This document shows, in pieces, positions 54,406-63,355 of a stretch of 64,000 nt of DNA (positions are counted from its first letter, which is position 1; each line of letters starts with the position of its first letter). A program made the position numbers and the translations under genes. This stretch comes from Deltaproteobacteria bacterium (GTDB lineage: Bacteria > Bdellovibrionota > FAC87 > UBA2466): contig OMIX01000089.1 of NCBI GenBank assembly GCA_900299195.1, forward strand, positions 2,892 to 66,891, read 5' to 3'. Under the pieces are notes generated by a model. That model made no database searches and had not been told where the DNA came from. It saw only the letters and a list, made by a program, of their open reading frames with translations.

Positions 54406-55182
54406 CTAAAAATTGACACCAAAATCGACAAGAACTAAAGGTTTAAAACCGGTTCCTTTCAAATTCAAACTAGAAAATTCTGGATCACCTAGATACTGAA
54501 ATCCAGCCGCCAACCCCACAACCACTCCAATGTCCAATTTGAATCGGTAGCCCCCGGTCAATAATACCTGTAACTCGGTGGACTGTTGCTCGATACTCCC
54601 AGTCGAACTTGACATAAAAGCAAGTCCACCTGCGACCATAATCCAAAGTTCTTTAAAAAATCCTTTGGGATAGAAATTGCCCGTAAGAAGAATAGAGATC
54701 GAATTCAAAGATTTGGTTGAAGAATTAATATTCAAATAACTTGGCATCACACCCAGAGCAAATTCAGGCTCAACAATTCTTTGAAAGTGCAGGGAAGGAT
54801 ACAAAAATGATAAGCCAACAGTACCACTCAAAGTCAAAAGATGGAAAGGCTCTTTGGTAATCGGTAAACTACTAGTGACGATTTCGGGTTCCACCAATAT
54901 CGCAGGTTTTTTAATAGGCGTGCTGGCGATGACTTTATCTCCACGAGCAATTGATTCACTGCCCTCTTTAAGTCTTAAAATGCAAAAATTCTCTTTGACT
55001 CGAATGACATTTCCACAAGCAAACTCTTTTCCATCTTTAACAACACACAACTTGTCATTAAGTTGCCATCTTCGGGTCACATCGTGAGAAACAGCGACCA
55101 TTCGACTATCACTGCCCACTTTGATAACTTCAGCCCCCCACACAACTCCAGAGACTAATGAAATAAGAAAAATGAGTTTCAT
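54406..55182 (-). CDS. Outer-membrane protein (N-terminal soluble domain plus small beta-barrel)
   Basis: Signal peptide, alternating hydrophobic C-terminal half ending in the terminal Phe (FGVNF) typical of OMPs. Confidence 0.5.
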   Translation of the reverse strand: MKLIFLISLVSGVVWGAEVIKVGSDSRMVAVSHDVTRRWQLNDKLCVVKDGKEFACGNVIRVKENFCILRLKEGSESIARGDKVIASTPIKKPAILVEPEIVTSSLPITKEPFHLLTLSGTVGLSFLYPSLHFQRIVEPEFALGVMPSYLNINSSTKSLNSISILLTGNFYPKGFFKELWIMVAGGLAFMSSSTGSIEQQSTELQVLLTGGYRFKLDIGVVVGLAAGFQYLGDPEFSSLNLKGTGFKPLVLVDFGVNF

Positions 55183-55742
55183 GAGACTTTTATTTTTCTA
55201 TCAGGTACCGTTTGGGCCATCGCTAGCAAATCCGAAAAAATCTGATACTTATTATAACCCATTTTGCGTTGGAGTTCAGATAAGGTTTCACTCCCCTTTC
55301 CCGTCAGGACTAAACAACCCTTGCCCCCTAAATTATCAGCCAATTCCAAATCACACATTTTATCCCCTACAGTAAAACTGTCCTCCCAAGAAATCGAATG
55401 TTCACCAAACGTTTTAGGAATGAGCTCAATTCCTGGTTTGCGACAAAAACACTTATCTTCAGGAGTGTGAAAGCAATAAGCAAAGCCATCTACTCGGCAT
55501 TGAAAATCGGAAAGATGAGCACAGAACTTCTCATGAACTTTTTTAAATTCGAGGTCCGAGATCAAACCTCGCCCAACCCCCGATTGATTACTCACCACAA
55601 AAAGTAGATACCCTTTTTCTCTTAAGAGCCTCAACCCTTCGACGGCATTGGGAAGTAATTTTACCTTGTCCGGATCTTTCGGATAGTGTTGGTCCTCAAT
55701 CAGAGTCCCGTCTCGATCCAGAAAAATAGCTGCTAACTTCAA
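55179..55742 (-). CDS. gmhB: D,D-heptose 1,7-bisphosphate phosphatase
   Basis: FLDRDGTLIED, VVSNQSGVGRG, Zn-loop CFH..CFCRKPG, GDKMCD; 4-nt overlap with the downstream OMP gene. Confidence 0.8.
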   Translation of the reverse strand: MKLAAIFLDRDGTLIEDQHYPKDPDKVKLLPNAVEGLRLLREKGYLLFVVSNQSGVGRGLISDLEFKKVHEKFCAHLSDFQCRVDGFAYCFHTPEDKCFCRKPGIELIPKTFGEHSISWEDSFTVGDKMCDLELADNLGGKGCLVLTGKGSETLSELQRKMGYNKYQIFSDLLAMAQTVPDRKIKVS

Positions 55743-55766
55743 AAGACTTACCCCTTACCGGTACGC

Positions 55767-56609
55767 TTAATTGAGACTTTCTGAGAACTGTTCCACTTTT
55801 TGAGAAACTTCTGCGATTCGCTGACACCCTACCATTAAGTTTTCCAAATGCTTAAGCGGCCAGGCATTAGTAGCATCTGATAAAGCTTGAGAAGGATTGG
55901 GATGAGTTTCAGCAAAAAAACCGGTGACACCCACCGCGGCCCCGGCTCTCGCCAAATGGGGAATAGCCTCTCGTAGCCCAGCCGTAGATTCTCCAAGTCC
56001 CCCAGGAAGTTGAACCGAGTGAGTAATATCAAGTATCAGTTCCGCACCCAATTTTTCCATCTCAGAAAAGCCTGAGAAATCTACTACCAATCGTTGGTAA
56101 CCAAAAGAAACGCCTCGCTCGGTTATCCAAAACCCCTGGGCTTTAAATTCCTCTAATTTATTTAAAATTTGTTTAACGTTGGCAGGACTTAAAAACTGCC
56201 CTTTCTTTACATTGACACATTTGCCAGTCTTGCTGGCAGCCTCTAGGAGGTCGGTTTGTCGACATAGAAAAGCTGGGATCTGCAAAACGTCCGCTACTTC
56301 CGCTACTGGTTTGGCCTGATGGGTCTCATGAATATCGGTAACAATGGGAAGTCCAAATTCTTTTTTTACCCAAGATAATTCTTTAAGCCCCTCTTCAATC
56401 CCCAAACCTCGATAGCTTTTGTGAGAGGTTCGGTTGGCTTTATCAAAAGACGCTTTAAAAACTACCGGAATTTTATGTTTTTCAGAGATTGTCTTCACGC
56501 TCTCAGCAATGGTCCTTAAAACTTCTCGACTCTCGATAACGCAAGGTCCAACGAACCAGAAGGGATTCCTTTGACCTCCCTCTTGTAGCTTATTTTTGAA
56601 GTCAAACAT
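55767..56609 (-). CDS. kdsA: 3-deoxy-8-phosphooctulonate (KDO-8-P) synthase
   Basis: GPCVIES, FKASFDKANRTSHKSYRG, VTDIHE. The ATG at 56609 is preferred to the 16-codon extension. Confidence 0.9.
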   Translation of the reverse strand: MFDFKNKLQEGGQRNPFWFVGPCVIESREVLRTIAESVKTISEKHKIPVVFKASFDKANRTSHKSYRGLGIEEGLKELSWVKKEFGLPIVTDIHETHQAKPVAEVADVLQIPAFLCRQTDLLEAASKTGKCVNVKKGQFLSPANVKQILNKLEEFKAQGFWITERGVSFGYQRLVVDFSGFSEMEKLGAELILDITHSVQLPGGLGESTAGLREAIPHLARAGAAVGVTGFFAETHPNPSQALSDATNAWPLKHLENLMVGCQRIAEVSQKVEQFSESLN

Positions 56610-56715
56610 GAAGGTTAACCTACCTTGCCATTCCCGTTCTATCAAGCCTCTAAGCAATCACAGATAAATTAGCTCGTTTTTGCAGTTTTTTTAACTTTAG
56701 GAAGAGCCATTTTTA

Positions 56716-57642
56716 ATGGTAAAACTACGGGGTTTTCGTATGGCACATTCTGAAAAATTTGAATTCAAAAAGCTCACTCCAAGAGCCCGCCCTGTTCTAA
56801 AATGGGCGGGTGGGAAGTCGCAACTACTCCCCCAACTTATTCCCTTTTTCCCTACCCAATTTAATCGTTATATTGAGCCTTTTCTGGGGGCTGGTTCCGT
56901 CTACTTTTCTTTAGATCCCAAATGCCCCGCCTTAATTAATGATGCCAATCCCGAACTTTATGAACTTTACCTTGTTTTGAGAGATCATCCGGCAGCTCTC
57001 TGCCGATTATTAGATAAATACTCAAGGAAATACTCAGAACAATTTTATTATGACCTTAGAGCTTCTCAACCCAGAAACCCCATCTCAAAAGCAGCACGTT
57101 TTATTTTTCTCAACAAGACAGGTTTTAATGGACTCTATCGCTTAAATTCAAAAGGCCACTTTAATGTTCCTTTTGGAAAGAGGGAAAAATGTCCCTTACT
57201 TTACGATGAGGAAAATATTAAACGAGTGTCGGAGCGTTTAAAAAAAAGTCAGATCAAAAATATGGATTTTGAAAAAGTCATTCGCTTAGCCAAAAAGGGA
57301 GATTTTGTTTATTGCGATCCCCCCTATTCCCCACTATCGAGAACTTCATCTTTCAACAGCTACACAGCAGGTGGTTTTTCTGACCAAGAGCAAAATCGCC
57401 TAAAAGAGGCCTGCGCAGAAGCAGCTCACCGAGGAGCTTTTGTGGCTGTTTCCAACTCTTCGGCCCCAATTATTTTAGAACTTTTTAAAGATTGGAAGAT
57501 ACACCTGATTAAAGCTCGACGAAGCATTAACTCTAAGAGCCATTTGCGCGGACCCATTCATGAGGTTTTGACGACCTCCTGGGACTTTAAAAAAAATCAC
57601 TTTAATTCAAATCATCCGGGCCGACCACTTTTCCATCTGTGA
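56716..57642 (+). CDS. dam: Dam-type N6-adenine DNA methyltransferase (D12 class), no adjacent restriction gene
   Basis: LKWAGGKSQLLPQL, EPFLGAGSVYF (SAM loop), YCDPPYSPLS (DPPY). Alternative start at 56740. Confidence 0.85.
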   Translation: MVKLRGFRMAHSEKFEFKKLTPRARPVLKWAGGKSQLLPQLIPFFPTQFNRYIEPFLGAGSVYFSLDPKCPALINDANPELYELYLVLRDHPAALCRLLDKYSRKYSEQFYYDLRASQPRNPISKAARFIFLNKTGFNGLYRLNSKGHFNVPFGKREKCPLLYDEENIKRVSERLKKSQIKNMDFEKVIRLAKKGDFVYCDPPYSPLSRTSSFNSYTAGGFSDQEQNRLKEACAEAAHRGAFVAVSNSSAPIILELFKDWKIHLIKARRSINSKSHLRGPIHEVLTTSWDFKKNHFNSNHPGRPLFHL

Positions 57643-58279
57643 GAGTAATCACTCTGTCAGCAAACTTAATCACCCTGGGATCGTGGGATGAAAAAATAAA
57701 AGTAGTCCCATTAATTTCGTTAAGCCTTTGAAAAAGCTGTAAAAGCATTTCTGCAGTGGCAGCATCTAGATTAGCGGTAGGTTCATCAGCAAAGACGATT
57801 TTAGGTTCAGTCACCATGGCACGAGCCACTGCGACCCTTTGTTGTTGGCCTCCAGAAAGCTCCGCAGGCTTTCTATGTTCTAGACCTTGCAACCCAACCT
57901 CCTTGATCCACTCTTTGGCTTTTTGGAGTCGTTCATTACGTTTCATTCCCTTTAAGGCCAAAGGATATTCCACATTTTCTAAAACTGTCAGCACGGGAAA
58001 TAAATTATAGGATTGAAAAATAAAACCGACTTGTCCGCGTCTTAACTCCAGAACTTCATCCGAATTCAAATACTTCAGGGATTGCTCTAATAACTTCACC
58101 TCTCCAAGACTAAAGTCATCGAGCCCAGCCGCAATATTTAATGCTGTAGTTTTTCCCGAGCCTGAGGGACCCGCTAAAGCGATCAACTCCCCTTTTTGTA
58201 TCGAAAAACTCACATTGTGGATTCCAGCTTTATCCTGACCATAAACTTTACTCACTTCATTAAACTCAAGAATATTCAT
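57602..58279 (-). CDS. ABC transporter ATP-binding protein (LolD/MacB-type)
   Basis: GPSGSGKTT, LSGGQQQRVAVARA, IVFADEPTANLD. The ATG at 58279 forms a TAATG overlap with the permease stop, so the track N-terminal extension is rejected. Confidence 0.85.
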   Translation of the reverse strand: MNILEFNEVSKVYGQDKAGIHNVSFSIQKGELIALAGPSGSGKTTALNIAAGLDDFSLGEVKLLEQSLKYLNSDEVLELRRGQVGFIFQSYNLFPVLTVLENVEYPLALKGMKRNERLQKAKEWIKEVGLQGLEHRKPAELSGGQQQRVAVARAMVTEPKIVFADEPTANLDAATAEMLLQLFQRLNEINGTTFIFSSHDPRVIKFADRVITLTDGKVVGPDDLN

Positions 58280-59523
58280 TAATGACTCCTTAGCGCTTTC
58301 ATGGGCGTTAAATTTCCTGCGTGTTTGGCTGGAAAATACGAAACTAAAAGAGCTAAACACAGGATGACACTGGTCACTACCCAACTGTTGTATAACCTCA
58401 CGGTGGGGTAACTGATCGTTTGAACTACGGCCCCTTGAATCACAAAGTCTTTAGAAGTGAGCCATCTCAAATCAAAGCCAATCTGGTTAAAAAAGCCCGT
58501 CACAAACCACCCAAATACATTTCCCACTAGCACACCCACTAAGGTGAGTAACATCGTCTCAACAACTACCATTTTAATGACCTCGTCCCTAGCGGTTCCT
58601 ATCGCCAACATCACACCAAATTCCCGAGTTCTTTCCATAATGCTCATGAGAATAGAGTTAGCAATTCCAAGAGCCGCCACACAGAGAATCAAAATCATCA
58701 GAAGTCGATTCACTGCCCTATCCAGTTCGATCATGGCTACCACTGGCCGTTGTAGTTCCTTCCATGAAAAAATTTCTATTTGCGAACCCACAGAGAACCC
58801 CTTTTCAAACAACTCTTTAAACCCTGCGGTTTTTTCTTCTTGTTTCAGAATAACCGCAATCTGATGAAAACTTTGTTCTCCCAAACTGAGAATAGATCGT
58901 GCGTCCTCTAAAGAAATAAACCCCACCGATTTGTCAGCATCAGATTCGGTCTCAAAAATTCCGCTCACAAAAAACAGCTCATTTCCTACGGAGCCATCTA
59001 CACCTTGGGTGAGCACTACAAGTTTTGAACCGATATCGGCCGATAAAGTTTCGGCTGTTTTACTCCCAATCACAATGGAATGACTTTTAGGCGCTATCAA
59101 AAATTCACCCTTAATCATTTTTTGGGAAAAAGCGGTGACTCTGGCTTCGTTTTTTGAATTAACCCCCATCACCCATAAATTGCTTGAGCCACGAGCTGAA
59201 GATAACATCGCAGAAAGAACAACCCGCTCGCTATGAGCTTCCACATCTGAACGCGATTGAATCCACTGGTTCACTGCCGAGCCATCTTTAATGAAAATTT
59301 GGGTTGAGTTGTTCTTTTCAAATCCTTGAGCTGAAATAGCCAAGTGGCCACTGTGATATCGGATCACGTTATGTATGACCTGCTCATGAAAGGTATCATA
59401 ATAATTACGGAGAAAAACAAGAGCCATGACCCCAAGTCCGATAGCATTGATCGTAATAAACGTTCTTCGTTTATTTCTCCAAATGTTCTTCCAGCATAAC
59501 TTTAAGAAATAAGTATTCATCAT
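58279..59523 (-). CDS. FtsX-like ABC transporter permease (LolC/E / MacB family)
   Basis: N-terminal TM, large periplasmic domain, three C-terminal TMs of the FtsX-type domain. Confidence 0.8.
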   Translation of the reverse strand: MMNTYFLKLCWKNIWRNKRRTFITINAIGLGVMALVFLRNYYDTFHEQVIHNVIRYHSGHLAISAQGFEKNNSTQIFIKDGSAVNQWIQSRSDVEAHSERVVLSAMLSSARGSSNLWVMGVNSKNEARVTAFSQKMIKGEFLIAPKSHSIVIGSKTAETLSADIGSKLVVLTQGVDGSVGNELFFVSGIFETESDADKSVGFISLEDARSILSLGEQSFHQIAVILKQEEKTAGFKELFEKGFSVGSQIEIFSWKELQRPVVAMIELDRAVNRLLMILILCVAALGIANSILMSIMERTREFGVMLAIGTARDEVIKMVVVETMLLTLVGVLVGNVFGWFVTGFFNQIGFDLRWLTSKDFVIQGAVVQTISYPTVRLYNSWVVTSVILCLALLVSYFPAKHAGNLTPMKALRSH

Positions 59524-59530
59524 GTAACCT

Positions 59531-60334
59531 TTAGAGCTTATCGGAATCCATCGATTCTTTTGACCATCCCGAATCTAAATTGAGAGCGTTGTGAGCTGAT
59601 TCTCTGAGCTTTTCCCGCTCAAACCATTGAGGATGGACTTTCTTATCAAAAATCATCTTTTCGTAGGTCACAATCGTTTGATCCTTAGGAGAACTCGTAT
59701 TTCGAATTTTCAAAACCGTCGGAACAACTCGATCATCCATTTTTCTAAACGAAGATAAAGTCAACGTTCTCACTAATTGGCCTTTTTCATCGTAATAATC
59801 TTCTTTAACCGGCAAATGGTCACTCACTCTTGCCCAATAATTAATTTTTCCCCAAACAACCGGGGCATTAGTCTTAGGTAAACACTCAATCAAATGAACT
59901 TTTTCATTTCCGATTTTTTCGGTTCTGACCCAACGGTGAGTGTAGTCTACCGATAATGAACTCAGTTTCATCAAGTCATCATTGGTGAAATCACTTCCCA
60001 TCCAAGATTGCAGCATGACTGAAGTAGGAATTCGAACCGTTTGATCTGTTTTAGGAAAGAAATTCCACATTTGGTTATCTACTCTCAGAGAGGCAATCCC
60101 TTTCTCTTTGGCAGGAGCAAGAATGGATACCATCGACCGATTTTTTCCTACCGTCCAGGATCTCAGTCTCAACTCTCTTTGATAACTTTCATGTTCAATG
60201 TTCATTTTCATGAGGGTTTGTGTTGAGCGTCCTCTAAGAAGGGATTCCCCTCTTTCTACTATTTCAGTCGGATTGGGTGCCGAAAAAAGCCCCCCACTGA
60301 ATAATACGGTTAATAATAAAACGGTGTTTTTCAT
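59531..60334 (-). CDS. Periplasmic LolA-like 'outer membrane lipoprotein-sorting' protein
   Basis: Signal peptide. The N-terminal pattern (RGRSTQTLMKMNIE..RELRLRSW.., ..MWNFFPK..) resembles LolA-like proteins commonly encoded beside FtsX/ABC pairs. Confidence 0.55.
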   Translation of the reverse strand: MKNTVLLLTVLFSGGLFSAPNPTEIVERGESLLRGRSTQTLMKMNIEHESYQRELRLRSWTVGKNRSMVSILAPAKEKGIASLRVDNQMWNFFPKTDQTVRIPTSVMLQSWMGSDFTNDDLMKLSSLSVDYTHRWVRTEKIGNEKVHLIECLPKTNAPVVWGKINYWARVSDHLPVKEDYYDEKGQLVRTLTLSSFRKMDDRVVPTVLKIRNTSSPKDQTIVTYEKMIFDKKVHPQWFEREKLRESAHNALNLDSGWSKESMDSDKL

Positions 60335-60554
60335 AGAATCCCCCCCTAATACCCCAAATGATTAATCTAAAAGTTTTAGACCGTGATTAGGGGACGGTGT
60401 GCTTTTTGTTAATGTGACAACATTTAATTAAAAACAGCATAACTAATTGAAATAATGAAATAATTTAAACTATCATCCTTATTGAAAAAACCATTATTAT
60501 GCGTTGCATAAATATGTTTATTTTGTTACAACGCGGGGCATTCAGGAGGGGCGA

Positions 60555-62711
60555 ATGGCTTTATTTCGAGCTGCGAAAGTAGGTTTTCTCTTTCTCACTT
60601 GTTTTTCGATAGGGGCCATCGCCAAAGAGACTCTTTACTCCAAACTTCCTATTCCCGCTAATTGCGAATCTGACTATCAAAAAGGAAATGAAAAAATCGC
60701 TCATCTGGTAAGCCAAGGCTTTGACCTAGGCAAAAGAGGCGAAACTATTGCAGAGTTAGACAACGCCCTTGAAACCTATCCCCAAGAAAGTCCCTGTCGT
60801 TTTTATTTCTCTGTGGGAATGTTTGATGCTCAGGCCCTTCTTCAGCAAATGGCTTCGCTTGAGTATTTTCTCGAGTTAGATCAAATCAAAATAAATCAAC
60901 AAACTCACACTTTGATTGGAGTTCAAAGTCTTTATCGAGAACGATTTCAAAAACTAGGACTGGATCCGAAATCCCTTCTTAGCCTCCAAAAAGATGAAAA
61001 ACTTAGGACAGAAGCCGTTCGAAATATTTCTGACAATTTAAACAAACTAGCCGACGAAAAATCAGAAGCTATTTTTTTAGGTCGGTTTGTTTTTGTGGGC
61101 CACTCAATGCCCGTTTTCACCCTTTTTGACTACGATTTCGAACCTTCGGGCAAAATAAAGGTCGGGGATAACCATCAAGAGCTGATTCTAGAAGGTTCCT
61201 ATCCCAGAATTGCAAAAATAAACTTCGAAAAAGCTATTGCAGTAGCTAAAGAATATTTAGAATGGCGACCGAGTTTGTTTTTTGGAGAAGACTCATTCTG
61301 GCGAGGGGCTTGGTGGAGATATTTTGGTTCCCCGTATGAAAAATCATTAAGAGAAGTTAAGCAGGAAGGGTACGATCGACTTTTTTTAAGCCACATTAGC
61401 TTTGCTAGAAAACTTCGTTTGGGCACGGATGAATATTTAAAAATCTACCAGCTCATGCTCAACAAAGAGAAAGCGGTTCTAGCTCGAGAATTAAACACTT
61501 ACGAAAAAATGTACAAATACCGCTGGGCTCCAGTCCTTATCCCTGTAGGTATGTACGTCGGCTCGGCTTTATTGGTTAAAAGCACTTTGTTTGCGGCCTT
61601 ACCTTCGGGAACTACTTCTTTCAGTTTCGTGGGGGGCAGCTTAGGTTTGGCTACTAACGCTTCAGCAGCTGTGAGTCTTCTGACTCTTAGTACTTACTCA
61701 GGCCTGGGGGCGAGAGCCGCCTACATGGATTACCAAACGCGCAAAGCTCAAGGACTTCCTTTTAAGACGTCTGATGTTTTCGACTATGTGGTAGGAGCGA
61801 CTTATCAAGCGTTTCCCTTGGCGGCGATTATGCCAGTCATTGTGGGAGGAGCTGTCTACAGTGCTCATGAAGCTTTTATTGCCGCCAAAAGTTTGTTAAG
61901 TAGCACCATCTCCATGGGGAAATCGATCCAAACCTTAGGTTATCAAGGCTCCCTACAGGCCGCTAAAAGCTATTTAATCCAACTCCCTGGAAAACTGGTA
62001 ACTCTTCCCCAGTTTGTGGCTCAAAAGTGGCTTGAATCCTGGTACAAAAATCCCAAAATACTCCTTAGCAATTATGGAGCTGATATCCTAATGACTCTCA
62101 TCTTTGATTGCGGTTATCGACAAGTGAATTTGGAGGGACAGGATGTTTGTGTTTGGAAAGATGAAAACGGAACCCACGTTAACTCTCAATTTCTCTACTC
62201 TCTCTCCTCTACAGTGATTGTGGGTGGAATTTCCAAGCCCGTTACGCTCATTCCCTCGTTTGGTGCTCGCTGGATGACCTACCGGGGAGTAACTTTGCTC
62301 AGTGGTATTGTCAGTCAGCTCATCGTGAGCGGCCATTTAGATGAAAAAAGATTGCTGTTCGATCAAGTGTACGGTGCTGGTCCTTCAAGCGCTAAAGGCG
62401 AGTTTGAGCGTTACATTAGAATGAGTGACTGGGTTCAAAGTCGTTCTACGGTTGAGCAAACTATTCTGCTCATCGCACTGAGAGCCCTGGTACTCTCGCC
62501 CATTGAATCGCCCATCAAAATTTATTTCTTAGATCGGTTTGTCAAAGGACAACTGAGACCTGTTCAAGAGCTCAAAAACTTAATGAAAGATGTAGTTCAG
62601 ATCAGCATCGATGATCTTGATGATGTCGCTGTGGAGCAAGCTATTGAGGCCCTAAGAAATGAAAAAGAGGTTATTGAAGCAATAACCTCTTCTTACAAAC
62701 CTTCTAACTAA
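60555..62711 (+). CDS. Large exported/membrane protein of unknown function
   Basis: The ATG at 60555 is preceded by AGGAGG, and a TTGCAT-17 nt-TACAAC promoter-like pair lies at 60504-60532. Signal peptide MALFRAAKVGFLFLTCFSIGAIA, central cluster of hydrophobic helices. Confidence 0.55.
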   Translation: MALFRAAKVGFLFLTCFSIGAIAKETLYSKLPIPANCESDYQKGNEKIAHLVSQGFDLGKRGETIAELDNALETYPQESPCRFYFSVGMFDAQALLQQMASLEYFLELDQIKINQQTHTLIGVQSLYRERFQKLGLDPKSLLSLQKDEKLRTEAVRNISDNLNKLADEKSEAIFLGRFVFVGHSMPVFTLFDYDFEPSGKIKVGDNHQELILEGSYPRIAKINFEKAIAVAKEYLEWRPSLFFGEDSFWRGAWWRYFGSPYEKSLREVKQEGYDRLFLSHISFARKLRLGTDEYLKIYQLMLNKEKAVLARELNTYEKMYKYRWAPVLIPVGMYVGSALLVKSTLFAALPSGTTSFSFVGGSLGLATNASAAVSLLTLSTYSGLGARAAYMDYQTRKAQGLPFKTSDVFDYVVGATYQAFPLAAIMPVIVGGAVYSAHEAFIAAKSLLSSTISMGKSIQTLGYQGSLQAAKSYLIQLPGKLVTLPQFVAQKWLESWYKNPKILLSNYGADILMTLIFDCGYRQVNLEGQDVCVWKDENGTHVNSQFLYSLSSTVIVGGISKPVTLIPSFGARWMTYRGVTLLSGIVSQLIVSGHLDEKRLLFDQVYGAGPSSAKGEFERYIRMSDWVQSRSTVEQTILLIALRALVLSPIESPIKIYFLDRFVKGQLRPVQELKNLMKDVVQISIDDLDDVAVEQAIEALRNEKEVIEAITSSYKPSN

Positions 62712-62745
62712 ATAGAGGGGCTGACCCACCGCCTCTCTTTCAGTT

Positions 62746-63198
62746 TTAGTAATCCTCAACTTCAATGAGTTCTTCGTCTTCTCGCAAACGATACACTAAA
62801 GCAGTTTCGATAGTCTTAGGTTTAAACGCTTTCTTGAGTTCGTTGTAAACCAAATCGGGATCAAAATCTTTACAGCTATAACAGTCAAAAGTGAAGAAGG
62901 GCTTAAAAATACGCCGCTGAATTCCCCTGGGTTTCGGCTTACCGTCTTTTTGACCTTTGGGGAAAGTATGAATGCTGATGTGACTGGTAGCGATGATGGC
63001 TGTTCCAGTGATACCAATATCAGGATGATCTTCTGGACGAACCTTGTAAACGATCGGTAAACCCATACGCTGCATTCCAATTTTGTCAGGTAAAGTCTTA
63101 AGAAAAGAATAAACAACATCAAAAGACATCAATGATTTTTTATCACAATCAAACCCGGAACACATTAAGTGGGGCCATCCTCGATAATTTTGGTCCAT
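62746..63198 (-). CDS. S-adenosylmethionine decarboxylase-like pyruvoyl-enzyme family protein
   Basis: GTAIIATSHISIHTFP aligns with the ..ESHI(S/T)IHTWP self-cleavage block of small prokaryotic AdoMetDC; FTFDCYSCK aligns with the conserved D..SCG block. Confidence 0.55.
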   Translation of the reverse strand: MDQNYRGWPHLMCSGFDCDKKSLMSFDVVYSFLKTLPDKIGMQRMGLPIVYKVRPEDHPDIGITGTAIIATSHISIHTFPKGQKDGKPKPRGIQRRIFKPFFTFDCYSCKDFDPDLVYNELKKAFKPKTIETALVYRLREDEELIEVEDY

Positions 63199-63355
63199 CC
63201 ATTCATCTCCTTATAAAGCCAGACAGTGCCTGGATTTTTACGAATCAATGATTTTCTTTTTACTCTCTTATTTTGAATTTGCAATTATCAACTTACAGAA
63301 ATTTGAATTTTTTTTAAATTGTCATTTCAAGGTGGGTTAAGAGATAAATTCCTCT

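Noticed and set aside
57602-58384. 35-codon N-terminal extension of the ABC ATPase, with similar extensions at gap 32990, kdsA 56657, tpiA 30739 and IMPase 34051
   Set aside because: The extensions overlap upstream genes and add non-homologous residues ahead of well-known N-termini. Internal ATGs give canonical protein starts and coupling overlaps.
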